64,000 bases of DNA, taken from NCBI GenBank assembly GCA_963678065.2, contig CAXXVZ010000004.1, positions 288,001-352,000 on the forward strand, given 5' to 3'. This stretch comes from Treponemataceae bacterium. GTDB lineage: Bacteria; Spirochaetota; Spirochaetia; Treponematales; Rectinemataceae. Both the position numbers and the translations under genes were made by a program. This document shows positions 1 to 8,963 of this stretch, piece after piece (position 1 is the stretch's first letter; every line of letters starts with the position of its first letter). The notes below the pieces were generated by a model. The model made no database searches and had not been told where the DNA came from. It was given only the letters and a program-made list of their open reading frames with translations.

Positions 1-48
1 CTCCGCGGACTCGGCATCTATAGAAAATGCTAACACGTTTTTCCAATC

Positions 49-112
49 TGTCAAGCAAATTTAGTAAAATAGTGCTTGACAAATCAGCAGTATTGATAAA
101 ATAATTTATCAA
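49..112. promoter_or_regulatory. Divergent promoter region with TTGACA on both strands and a perfect 8-4-8 palindrome (candidate operator)
   Basis: tgtcaagca (49-57) and tgcttgaca (73-81) are inverted copies; ttgataaa-ataa-tttatcaa (93-112) overlaps the likely -10 of the LacI gene. Confidence 0.5.
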
Positions 113-132
113 CCATTCATGAGGGAGTCGGA

Positions 133-1239
133 ATGAAAGTCACACTGCGCGATGTCGCGCTCGCGGCCGGGGTGTCCATGACAGCCGCGTCCATGGCCCT
201 GTGCGAGACCGGAAGGCTCTCCGAAGAGACCAGGGAGAAGGTCAGAAGCGCCGCCCGCGAACTTGGGTACAAGACCAAATCTCTCGCTCCTCTCAGGATG
301 GAGGAGGGTCCCGCCGTCGGAATCCTCATGAGCATCGACATCGAGTGGGCTTTCATATTCCACTTCATCCGTCCGATCATCGAGGAAATCGGCTCGACCC
401 TCGCCGGCCACGGACTCACGACGATTCTCATTCCCATCTCGCGGCGCGACAATGCCGACGATATCTACACGAAAATCCAGAAATCCCGCTCCATCGCCGT
501 CGCGGCCCTCCACTACGGGAACGAAACCCTCTTCGAGAAGCTCGAAAACGCAGGAACACCCGTCGTTCTCATCATGAACAGCAACTTCCAGGACCGCTTT
601 TACTCAGTCTGCGTCGACGACTACCAGGGTGCCTACGAGGGCACCTGCAGGCTCATCCGGCGGGGTCACAGGACCATCGGGTACCTCGAATGCGTCAGGC
701 AGGATCTGCCCCAGCTCCTCGTCGACCGGTTTTTCGGCTTCCGCAAGGCCGTAGAGGAATACGGACTCGACTTCGACGATTCCCTGAAGGCGCGGGTCGA
801 GCCCGAGGACATGTCCGGCCTCGCCCAGAGACTCGAGCGCATGCTCGCCGACAATCCCGGCCTCACCGGCATCTTCGCTCTCGACGACGATCTCGCCCTG
901 CGGATCGTCGTCGCCCTGTCCATGATAGGCAAGCGCGTTCCGTCCGACCTCTCGCTCATCGCCCCCGGAGACGTCCTCGACTACGAGCTTCCGCACGTTC
1001 CCCGCATAAGCACCATGCGCATCGACACGGCCTACATGGGGAAAATAGCCGCCCAGATGGTCCTCAACAGAATCCAGCACAATCCGCAGGAACTGCACGT
1101 GCTCAAGGTCAAGCAGCAGCTCGTGCGCCGCGGCTCGGTCGCGACGGGACCGGCCGGCCTCTCTCCTGGAGAGGAGACGGAAAATATCGATGCGATCCGT
1201 CAAATTTATCCTGTTGAGCGCTCGGGGATACGGGTCTAG
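133..1239 (+). CDS. LacI-family transcriptional regulator
   Basis: N-terminal HTH VTLRDVALAAGVSMTAASMAL plus periplasmic-binding-protein-like sensor domain; RBS gagggag. Confidence 0.9.
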   Translation: MKVTLRDVALAAGVSMTAASMALCETGRLSEETREKVRSAARELGYKTKSLAPLRMEEGPAVGILMSIDIEWAFIFHFIRPIIEEIGSTLAGHGLTTILIPISRRDNADDIYTKIQKSRSIAVAALHYGNETLFEKLENAGTPVVLIMNSNFQDRFYSVCVDDYQGAYEGTCRLIRRGHRTIGYLECVRQDLPQLLVDRFFGFRKAVEEYGLDFDDSLKARVEPEDMSGLAQRLERMLADNPGLTGIFALDDDLALRIVVALSMIGKRVPSDLSLIAPGDVLDYELPHVPRISTMRIDTAYMGKIAAQMVLNRIQHNPQELHVLKVKQQLVRRGSVATGPAGLSPGEETENIDAIRQIYPVERSGIRV

Positions 1240-1316
1240 ACTAGGTACAGAGGGCTCCGCCGGAAGGACTCGGGCCCGCCCCGCACGCCCTACCGGAAGC
1301 CCGCAAGGAGACAGTC

Positions 1317-2615
1317 ATGCTGCACGATCCGGGAAGTTATTCGCCTCCTCTCGTCATCGATTCCATCGAACTGGACGCCGATGAAAAGGATGTCCTGAAG
1401 CGGCTCGGCGCGGAAATCGCAGGAATCGCCGACCTGCCCGTCCACGCCGAAAAGGCTGGGCTGTGGCGAAAGCTGAACGATCTCGATCCAGAAAGACCGA
1501 TGGTCTGGATCAACGAGATCCCCTGGCACGAGATGAATGTCGGCGACGAGCTCAGCCTGCGCTGCCGTGATCCCTGGGCCCGCGAGCTCGAGACGCGTCT
1601 CAGGAGGACGATCTACCAGTGGAAGCACATGCCGGCGGACATGATCGTCAATCCCTGGCTGGACTGCCCGCTCGCTGTACACTCCACGGACTTCGGCATC
1701 ATCGAAGATGTCGATATCGTCAGGACGGACTCAGGAAACGACATCTACTCGCGCCACTTCAACATTCAGATCCGGGAACCCGAAGACATAGAAAAAATAC
1801 GGATGCCGGTGGTGACTCACCAGGAAAAGACGACGGAAGTCAGCTTCGCGGTCATGCGGGAACTCTTCGCCGGCATCATCGACGTAAAAAAGGTCGGCCA
1901 GACCCACATCTGGTTCACTCCCTGGGACTACCTCATCAGGTGGTGGGGGATAGAGGAGGCCATGATGGACCTCGTCATGAGGCCCGAGATGGTTCACGCC
2001 GCGGTGGACCGCATGGTCGACGCGTGGATGAGGGAGCTGGATCAGTTCGAGGCGCAGAATCTCCTCTCGCTCGACTGCGACAACACGCGGATCGGCTCGG
2101 GCGGTTACGGCTATGTATCCGCCCTGCCGGGAGAGGATTTCAATCCCGCCCACGTGAGGCCGCGCAACATGTGGGGATGCTCCAACGCGCAGATATTCTC
2201 GAGCGTGTCGCCCGAAATGCACTGGGAGTTCGCCGTCGAGCACGATCTTCGCTGGCTCGCCCGCTGGGGCTTGACGTATTATGGCTGCTGCGAGCCGCTG
2301 GACCGGAAGGTCGACATTCTCAGGCGCATCCCGAATCTGCGAAAAGTGTCCGTGAGCCCCTGGAATGACCTTCCGCGGATGCTCGGGGCGATAGGCGGCG
2401 ACTACGTGGCCTCGGTCAAGCCGACCCCAGCCTGCTTCCTGGACGAGGGCTGGAATCCCGGGGCGGTGACGAAAAATCTCGCCGATACTGTCGAGCTCGC
2501 CTCGCGCACGGGGACGCCTGTCGAGTTCATCATGAAGGACATCAGCACGGTGCGCTACCATCCGGAGCGCCTGTGGCGGTGGTCAGAGCTCGCCATGAAG
2601 GCGGTCGGGGCCTGA
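1317..2615 (+). CDS. Uroporphyrinogen decarboxylase (URO-D)/MtaA-like fold protein, function unknown
   Basis: C-terminal barrel motifs SPEMHWEF, YYGCCEPL, PNLRKVSVSPW, KPTPA, EFIMKDIST; RBS aaggag. Confidence 0.65.
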   Translation: MLHDPGSYSPPLVIDSIELDADEKDVLKRLGAEIAGIADLPVHAEKAGLWRKLNDLDPERPMVWINEIPWHEMNVGDELSLRCRDPWARELETRLRRTIYQWKHMPADMIVNPWLDCPLAVHSTDFGIIEDVDIVRTDSGNDIYSRHFNIQIREPEDIEKIRMPVVTHQEKTTEVSFAVMRELFAGIIDVKKVGQTHIWFTPWDYLIRWWGIEEAMMDLVMRPEMVHAAVDRMVDAWMRELDQFEAQNLLSLDCDNTRIGSGGYGYVSALPGEDFNPAHVRPRNMWGCSNAQIFSSVSPEMHWEFAVEHDLRWLARWGLTYYGCCEPLDRKVDILRRIPNLRKVSVSPWNDLPRMLGAIGGDYVASVKPTPACFLDEGWNPGAVTKNLADTVELASRTGTPVEFIMKDISTVRYHPERLWRWSELAMKAVGA

Positions 2616-2794
2616 AGTCGACTCTTCATCGGGCCGACCGGGCCACAGCGGGCAGTGGCGCGAGTGCCGCCAGGAAGGCCTCATCATGGCGGCCGGCCGT
2701 GACAGCTCCGGGAGGCCCGGTGTATAGTCGGCCGTAGCTCCCGGACCGCAGGGCGGCGATCGGCGGCGGCAGACCGGGATCGGAGGCATTCGGC

Positions 2795-3379
2795 ATGCTC
2801 ACTCTGACGATGACGGCGGGCGGACTCGCGGGCTTTGTCCTCATGTTCGCCTTCGACTGGATGACGACGAACAAGACAGGCAGATCGAGGGGGTTCGTCG
2901 GCCTCGCGGGCCTGTCTCTCCTCGTCGCGTCGACGCTCGCCCTCCTCGCGGTCACCGTCGACGCGCAGAGAATGCTGTCGGCGCCGGGAATCGCCTTCAC
3001 GACCCTCGGCCTGGCCTTCTTCGGACTGCTCGCCTACTCTCTCTTCTTCGAGCTGCCGAAGGAAACCTACGCGGGAGAGGACCCGCGCCACCTCGTCGTC
3101 GATACGGGGACATGGGCCCTGTGCAGGCATCCGGGTCTTCTCTGGTTCGCGCTGGGTTACGCCTCTCTCGCTCTCGCGGCGAGGTCTTTCCCCTTCTCGG
3201 TCGCGGCCATCGTCTGGACTGTCGCCGACATCGTGTATGTCATCCTTCAGGAGCGGTTCTTTTTCCGGAAAATCTTCGCCGACTACGAGCGCTACGCCGC
3301 GACTACGCCGATGCTCATCCCGAACCGGGCGAGCGTCGAAAAATGCCTCGCCACGATCGGGAGGAAGTCCCGCCCATGA
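2795..3379 (+). CDS. ICMT/PEMT-family membrane methyltransferase
   Basis: Several hydrophobic segments, LVVDTGTWALCRHP (GxYxxxRHP-like), ILQEER-like region and YERYAATTPMLIP tail. Confidence 0.75.
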   Translation: MLTLTMTAGGLAGFVLMFAFDWMTTNKTGRSRGFVGLAGLSLLVASTLALLAVTVDAQRMLSAPGIAFTTLGLAFFGLLAYSLFFELPKETYAGEDPRHLVVDTGTWALCRHPGLLWFALGYASLALAARSFPFSVAAIVWTVADIVYVILQERFFFRKIFADYERYAATTPMLIPNRASVEKCLATIGRKSRP

Positions 3380-3413
3380 ACCGTGACTCTATCGCTTGCA
3401 TCTCCGGTATCGC

Positions 3414-4178
3414 TTACACCTCCGGGCGCAGGGTCAGGACTCTGTCGTTGTCGTATGCCGGATCGATCACGTAGCCGGGCGGCACATGGAGAAATTCATT
3501 TTCGTCGACGCCGCCTGCGAGGAGGGCCCCGAGGAGGCGCATCGATCCGGGGATGAGGACAAACTCCTTTCCTTCGTCCGCCGCCCTCTGCCGCATCTCG
3601 TCCGCGTGTCCGAGTCCCGAGGTTTCGGGGATTTCGATGTAGCGGAGCTCGGTTTCGTGGAGTTCCGGATGGAGGGTCTCCCACACGTAGGCCGCGTTCT
3701 CCTCTCCGTATTTTTCGACGAGTTCGGCGTACTCGAGGCCTATACCCGTCGTCTGCCCGAGGATAGAGCTCCGGAGATAGGTGGAACCGCGCTCGATGTA
3801 GCCTGAGGAGGTCCAGGAGGCGCTGGGATTGTCCCCGAAGCGGGCGAGGAACTCGGTCTTCGAGCCGAGAAGGACGGTGCAGCAATCGTGGGCGCGCGGG
3901 ATGATGAGGGGGATCTTCCGGGCCGCGATGCCGGAAAGGCCATTGCCGCAGAGCCCGTAACCGAGGAGGATGGCGTCGTAGCCCCTCCCCCCCCGAAGCG
4001 CACCTTCTCCACCGGAGGCGGCGTCGATCCGCGCCTGGAGTGCTTCGCGCAGAGTCGAGGGACTCTCGTGGAGTCCGAGTTCCAGAAACTCGGGATCGAC
4101 GATGGCGTGCGTGCGGGACAAAAGTATACACAGTTCACGCTGGAATACGTTGCAGGCTATGAGTTTGTATTTTTTCAT
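3414..4178 (-). CDS. DUF1638-domain protein
   Basis: LIACNVFQRE, LELGLHESP, ILLGYGLCGNG, IPRAHDCCTVLLGS motifs. Confidence 0.85.
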   Translation of the reverse strand: MKKYKLIACNVFQRELCILLSRTHAIVDPEFLELGLHESPSTLREALQARIDAASGGEGALRGGRGYDAILLGYGLCGNGLSGIAARKIPLIIPRAHDCCTVLLGSKTEFLARFGDNPSASWTSSGYIERGSTYLRSSILGQTTGIGLEYAELVEKYGEENAAYVWETLHPELHETELRYIEIPETSGLGHADEMRQRAADEGKEFVLIPGSMRLLGALLAGGVDENEFLHVPPGYVIDPAYDNDRVLTLRPEV

Positions 4179-4356
4179 GCTTGGTTCTCCGCTTCAGTTG
4201 GCGCAGTCTCTGCACGTTCAGCCAGAATCGCGTCCGGCCCTCCTTTTTATACTGAATCATGCTACGATTCAAGGAGATCCGCCTAAAGGCGGCCATGTCT
4301 ATTTTTGAAATCTTCCCGGGCAAGTCAGGTTCACCCTCTCAGGTCCGCCCTTTTGT

Positions 4357-4396
4357 AAAAACGCAGCGCCGCAGCCGCGCAGCCGGCCGCGGCGCC
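4357..4396 (-). terminator. Rho-independent terminator after the peptidase gene
   Basis: On the minus strand a 12-bp GC stem (one G-U) is followed by a T-run, ~20 nt after the stop at 4415. Confidence 0.55.
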
Positions 4397-4414
4397 CTAT
4401 TGGGAAACTGAAGA

Positions 4415-6202
4415 CTACCTTTTCCAGGCCGAGCCGGCCGCTGTCGTCGCGATCATCGTCTTGAGCGCGGTGTCGGCGAGATTGAGTCCTGCCGCCCAGT
4501 GTTGCCTGGAGAACGCGTCGAGAGTGGCCTGGGCCGCCATCGTCTTGCCCGCGGACTTCAGTTCGACGTAGTTCTTCTCCATGGCGGGAATCTCCGTGAA
4601 GAGAGCCTTTTCATAGGGATCGAACACGCTTCTGATGCCGTCGTGGTACATTGTGTAGCAGCCGAATGCCAGCTTCGATATCGTCAGGAACTTCGAACCG
4701 GCTTCCGGTGTGGAATATCTCGTGTCCACCGAGGAAGTGCCGACATAGAAGGGAATATAGAGGCTGTTACAGGGCTGGTTGTAGGCGTGGAGCATGAGGC
4801 CAAGCTCGTTCGGGACATCCGGCCGGGCCATAAGGATCGCGGTCGAGGCCGTTATTCCCTCAAAGGCGTGATGGCAGATCGCGCGGGGGAATACCGAGAC
4901 TTCAACCGTGTCTTTCGTCGGGAATTCAGTCACCCACTCCTGCCGGTCGTTCACGTAATCGGAGCTATAGTAGGGAATCTGATTCAGCTTCAGCACCTTG
5001 CCGCTCGGAAGCGTATAGGTGTCGTAGTGGTCCCGGGCGCAGGGCATCAACGTCTGCGCTGAGATGTTTCCGGATATGCCTTTCAGGAGCTCCATGGCCC
5101 GCTGATAGCGCATCTCGGTGTTGTAGAGCGTCTCGGCGGCCGGCCGCGAGGCGATGTCGTCGTTGCTTTCAGGATAGAGTATCGTTGTGCCATAGACGGC
5201 CCTGAAGTTGATCTTGGTGACATCGTCGCCGATCCATCCCTGAGACTTCGCGAAGGGAAACAGGTCTTCCGAACAGATTTCGTAGTCATCCGTGATCTGA
5301 AACTGGTTGGACCTCGCCGTGTAGCAGTCCTGATATCGCCGCGCAACCCAGCGCTTTCCGCTTATCTCGACGACCCAGAGTTCCTGGGGATCGCCTATCT
5401 CGAACATGATGGCGTTCCATGCCTGGCCGTACTTCTCGGTGAGCTTCGTGAGTATCTGTACGCCTTCGCGCGCCGTTTTCGCCCGCTCAAGGACAATGCG
5501 CACATAGTCGTTGTCGTGAAGCCCGTCCGTGAAGGTCAGCTCGTCCCGCGTGGGCGCGTCGTTGTCGGACACGATGACCTGGAATTCGTTGATGCCCATT
5601 CCGTATCCCCAGCGCCCGGCGGAGCGGGAGCCGGCGAAGGAGTAGGTGCGGGAGGCCTGCGGAATGTCGATATAGGCGGCTTTATAGAGTTCGGTCGAGA
5701 TGTGATCGCTGCCCTCTTCCTTAGCGACTTCGGAGATCGTGTTCGGCCCCAGATCGCGGTTCTTCGATATGATGCTTCCCGCGCCCGCCGCCAGAACTTT
5801 GCCGTTGGCGATGAAGGTCGTGCACTCTCCGACAAAGCCCGTCATGAGCCTGTCGGCCGTGTTGTATACGAGGATATCTTCATAGGGTATTCCCGATCCA
5901 TCGGCGACGCCGTACATCCATTCCACTTTTTCCGGCAGAATCTGCATCGCGAGAGCTTCACACGCTCTCGACGCCGCGAGTACCGTGGCGTAATCCGCCC
6001 CGTGGGTTTGGGCGGCTAGCTTCATTTGTGAGATATGCTCCTGAATCTGGGCCTGCTGGGAAGAGCCGATTGCAAAACCTGCCTGATACGATGAGCTCTC
6101 GGCCGCTCCGAGGGGCAATGCCGCCAGAAGCAACATCAACACGGACGCCAGCACCGCGATGCCGAACGTCAGTTTCGCGTTGCGTGCGCGGTTCACCAAC
6201 AT
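4415..6202 (-). CDS. Secreted Ntn-hydrolase cysteine peptidase (C69 dipeptidase/C45-like)
   Basis: Signal peptide; internal nucleophile motif GECTTF; C69-type motifs MGINEFQV, VLERAKTAREGVQILTKLTEKYG, GDPQELWVVE; start at ATG 6202 after aggagg. Confidence 0.75.
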   Translation of the reverse strand: MLVNRARNAKLTFGIAVLASVLMLLLAALPLGAAESSSYQAGFAIGSSQQAQIQEHISQMKLAAQTHGADYATVLAASRACEALAMQILPEKVEWMYGVADGSGIPYEDILVYNTADRLMTGFVGECTTFIANGKVLAAGAGSIISKNRDLGPNTISEVAKEEGSDHISTELYKAAYIDIPQASRTYSFAGSRSAGRWGYGMGINEFQVIVSDNDAPTRDELTFTDGLHDNDYVRIVLERAKTAREGVQILTKLTEKYGQAWNAIMFEIGDPQELWVVEISGKRWVARRYQDCYTARSNQFQITDDYEICSEDLFPFAKSQGWIGDDVTKINFRAVYGTTILYPESNDDIASRPAAETLYNTEMRYQRAMELLKGISGNISAQTLMPCARDHYDTYTLPSGKVLKLNQIPYYSSDYVNDRQEWVTEFPTKDTVEVSVFPRAICHHAFEGITASTAILMARPDVPNELGLMLHAYNQPCNSLYIPFYVGTSSVDTRYSTPEAGSKFLTISKLAFGCYTMYHDGIRSVFDPYEKALFTEIPAMEKNYVELKSAGKTMAAQATLDAFSRQHWAAGLNLADTALKTMIATTAAGSAWKR

Positions 6203-6345
6203 AGAACACCTCCTGGGAAAACATTGTATGAATTGAGGCATTTTCAATAGTACTATCGAGGGAATGCCTCATATCTGCGACAGGAATGATTGTAAATCCA
6301 TGTCTCTGAATAAGCAATGAATTTTTATCCAAATTGAGAAAAACC

Positions 6346-6463
6346 GATGCTCTTTCAAAGATCTTGCGATGGATGAATTTTCATGAAAAGCGGGGTCAGA
6401 CGTATACGGGGGCAGGTCCAATTTTCAATAAATCCACTTCAGACTGACTTTTGAAAGTCCCTC
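6346..6463. mobile_element. 118-bp MITE-like non-autonomous relative of the IS at 7569-8963
   Basis: 6346-6400 matches the IS left end 7569-7623 at 46/55 positions; reverse complement of 6446-6463 matches the IS IRL at 16/18; no ORF; no obvious target duplication. Confidence 0.7.
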
Positions 6464-7568
6464 TGGTAAAAACTGATTAAAAAACGGAAACTATGTAAAG
6501 AAGACTATTCTGATCTTCGGCATACAGCGAGGTGAGAGCGATGCGAAAAACACTGCGCGTTTTGAATGTAGAGGATTCGGAAGACGATGCGTTTCTGTTG
6601 AGGTGCGCTCTAGAGAAAGGTGGCTATGAATTGGAATTTGAGCGGGTTGAGACTGCGGACGCAATGCAGTCAGCTCTATATAAAAGGCATTGGGACTTGA
6701 TAATATCCGATTATAGACTTCCAATGTTTAGTGGACCTGCAGCCCTTGCCCTCTTGAAAGAAACATCAATGGACCTTCCCTTCATCATCGTCTCAGGGGC
6801 GATCGGGGAAGAGACAGCGGTCGCGGCAATGAAAGCTGGCGCTCATGACTACATCATGAAGGGTCATCTTCAACGCCTTATCCCGGCTATAGAAAGGGAA
6901 CTCCAAGAGGCGATAGTCAGAGAAGAACGCAGGAAAGCCCAAGAGGAACTCAAGGCTAACAAAACCCAACTGTCCAACGCTCTGGAAATAGCCCACCTTG
7001 GCCACTGGGAATATGACATTTCCAGCGACATTTTTTTATTCAACGAGCAATTCTATAAACTTTTCCGGACTACCATTGAGAAAATTGGCGGATATATCAT
7101 GAGTTCTGCGGAATATATCAGTAGATTGGTTTATCCAGAAGATGCCGCAATCGTCAGAAGAGAGATCCAGAAAGCTATCCAAACCACCGATCCTGAATAT
7201 GGCCAACAGGTCGAGCATCGTATCCTCTACATAGACGGGACAGTTGGTTATATAACTATGCGCTTATTCATCGTCAAGGACGCTCAATGCAAGACAATCA
7301 AGATAACCGGAGTGAACCAAGACATCACAGAACGGAAAAAAGCGGAAATGGCTCTTCGAAAGAGCGAGGAGAAATATCACTCACTTTTCGATAGTTCCAT
7401 AGATGCTATCCTGCTGACCCAAATCGATGGCTCCATTCTCGATGCCAATCCTTCTGCCTGCAAACTGTTCGGAAGAACGCTGGAAGAGATAAAAAAAATC
7501 CGAAACGTTGATCTTGTAGATACAACCAATCCGCTTTTTCATTCCACCTTTGAAAAGAATGAACTTTT

Positions 7569-8963
7569 GAGGCTCTTTCAAAAGTCATGAGATGAACGAA
7601 TTTTAATGAAAAGCGGGGACAGAACCTGTATGATGATGTTGCAACACAAACGTCACCAGGAGGAGCCCCCGCTGATGAAAACCATACCAGAAATACTGGG
7701 CGGAGCGCAAATACTTTTGCCGATTTCCTACGATATCCAGCGATGTTTCGAAGAATATCTCACCGACGAGCATCGCTTTTTTATCGCCCTGCTCAGAGTC
7801 ATTGAAGATGCTCAGCCACGGATTACATCACCATGTGCACGGACTGGCCGTCCTCCACATCGGAACGAACCGATCATGCGGGCGTTTTTCGCCCGAACGG
7901 TATTCCACATAGCGACAGTCACGGACCTTAGGAACAGGCTGATCAACGATCCGAATCTGCGGAGGATATGCGGCTTCACCTCCGTTCCAAGCTCTGCGAC
8001 CTTTTCGCGTCGCTACGCGGAGTTTTCAAAAAAGACTCCGCTGATTCAGACTTTGAATACCATGGTGAAGGATTGTCATGACGGCCATATCGTCGGACAC
8101 ATAAATCGGGATGCGACGGAGATACGAGCACGAGAAAAACCTGTACCTGCCAAACGTGAAGCTGTTTCTTCCGTGACACCGCAACGGAAACGAGGTCGTC
8201 CCCGAAAAGGAGAAGTTCGGCCTGTGAAGGAGCCGACACAGATAGAAAAGCAAGTCGGCCAAAGCGTCAGGAAATCCTTGTCAGAACTATCCAAAGACTG
8301 TGCATGGGGATGCAAGAAGAACAGCCAGGGGAATAGGGAAACATGGAAAGGATACAAGTTGCACCTTGATGTCAGCGACACAGGATTCCCTATTTCAGCA
8401 GTCGTAACCGGCGCCAATGTTCATGATTCGCAAGTAGCGATTCCTCTGGAAAAGATAACAGAGAAAAAGGTCCGACATCTGTATTCAGTCATGGACGCTG
8501 CATACGATGCGGATCCCATCGCGACCTATATCCAGGGACGTGGGCGTGTTCCGCTGATTGATCGGAATACGCGTCGTGGGACGGAACGGGAACCATTTTC
8601 GCCGTCACAGAAGGAGCGGTACACAATCAGGACAACGGTTGAACGTGCAAACTCGCATTTGAAGGATTGGCTCATACCGGGTCAGATATTTGTACGGGGA
8701 TTTGAGAAAGTATCATTCCTGCTCATGTGCGGGGTAGTGGTTCTGGCGGCCGTCAAGGCTTTGCAGTACTTCATCCTTCCCGAACTGCAGAAATCGTAAC
8801 CGGGCAATCCGGCAGAACCGGATTTTGTAGGGGTAGTCCATCTTTTGCACTGAAAAGAGAGCCCTTTTTACTGCACATGTAATTTTTACTGTGCAAAAAC
8901 GAAGCTTCAGTTACAATAACTCGCTTTTTTACAAAGCGGATTACGAAGTTTTGAAAAAGCCTC
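7569..8963 (+). mobile_element. Insertion sequence, 1395 bp, DDE type (IS5/IS1182-like; exact family not determined)
   Basis: IRL gaggctctttcaaaa (7569-7583) and IRR ttttgaaaaagcctc (8949-8963) match at 14/15; flanked by TTTT direct repeats (7565-7568, 8964-8967); single transposase. Confidence 0.92.
7675..8799 (+). CDS. DDE transposase
   Basis: TGRPP, LRRICGF..VPSSATFSR, INRDAT, WKGYKLHL, GANVHDSQ, MDAAYD, RTTVERANSHLK; ATG 7675 after aggagg (ORF open from 7606). Confidence 0.92.
   Translation: MKTIPEILGGAQILLPISYDIQRCFEEYLTDEHRFFIALLRVIEDAQPRITSPCARTGRPPHRNEPIMRAFFARTVFHIATVTDLRNRLINDPNLRRICGFTSVPSSATFSRRYAEFSKKTPLIQTLNTMVKDCHDGHIVGHINRDATEIRAREKPVPAKREAVSSVTPQRKRGRPRKGEVRPVKEPTQIEKQVGQSVRKSLSELSKDCAWGCKKNSQGNRETWKGYKLHLDVSDTGFPISAVVTGANVHDSQVAIPLEKITEKKVRHLYSVMDAAYDADPIATYIQGRGRVPLIDRNTRRGTEREPFSPSQKERYTIRTTVERANSHLKDWLIPGQIFVRGFEKVSFLLMCGVVVLAAVKALQYFILPELQKS

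Noticed and set aside
2616..2794. GC-rich 180-nt spacer as a possible ncRNA
   Set aside because: No recognisable RNA family motif, repeat or convincing structure beyond what GC content gives
4180..4410. Possible cobalamin riboswitch upstream of DUF1638
   Set aside because: No B12-box or recognisable conserved core seen; an Infernal search would be needed to exclude it fully
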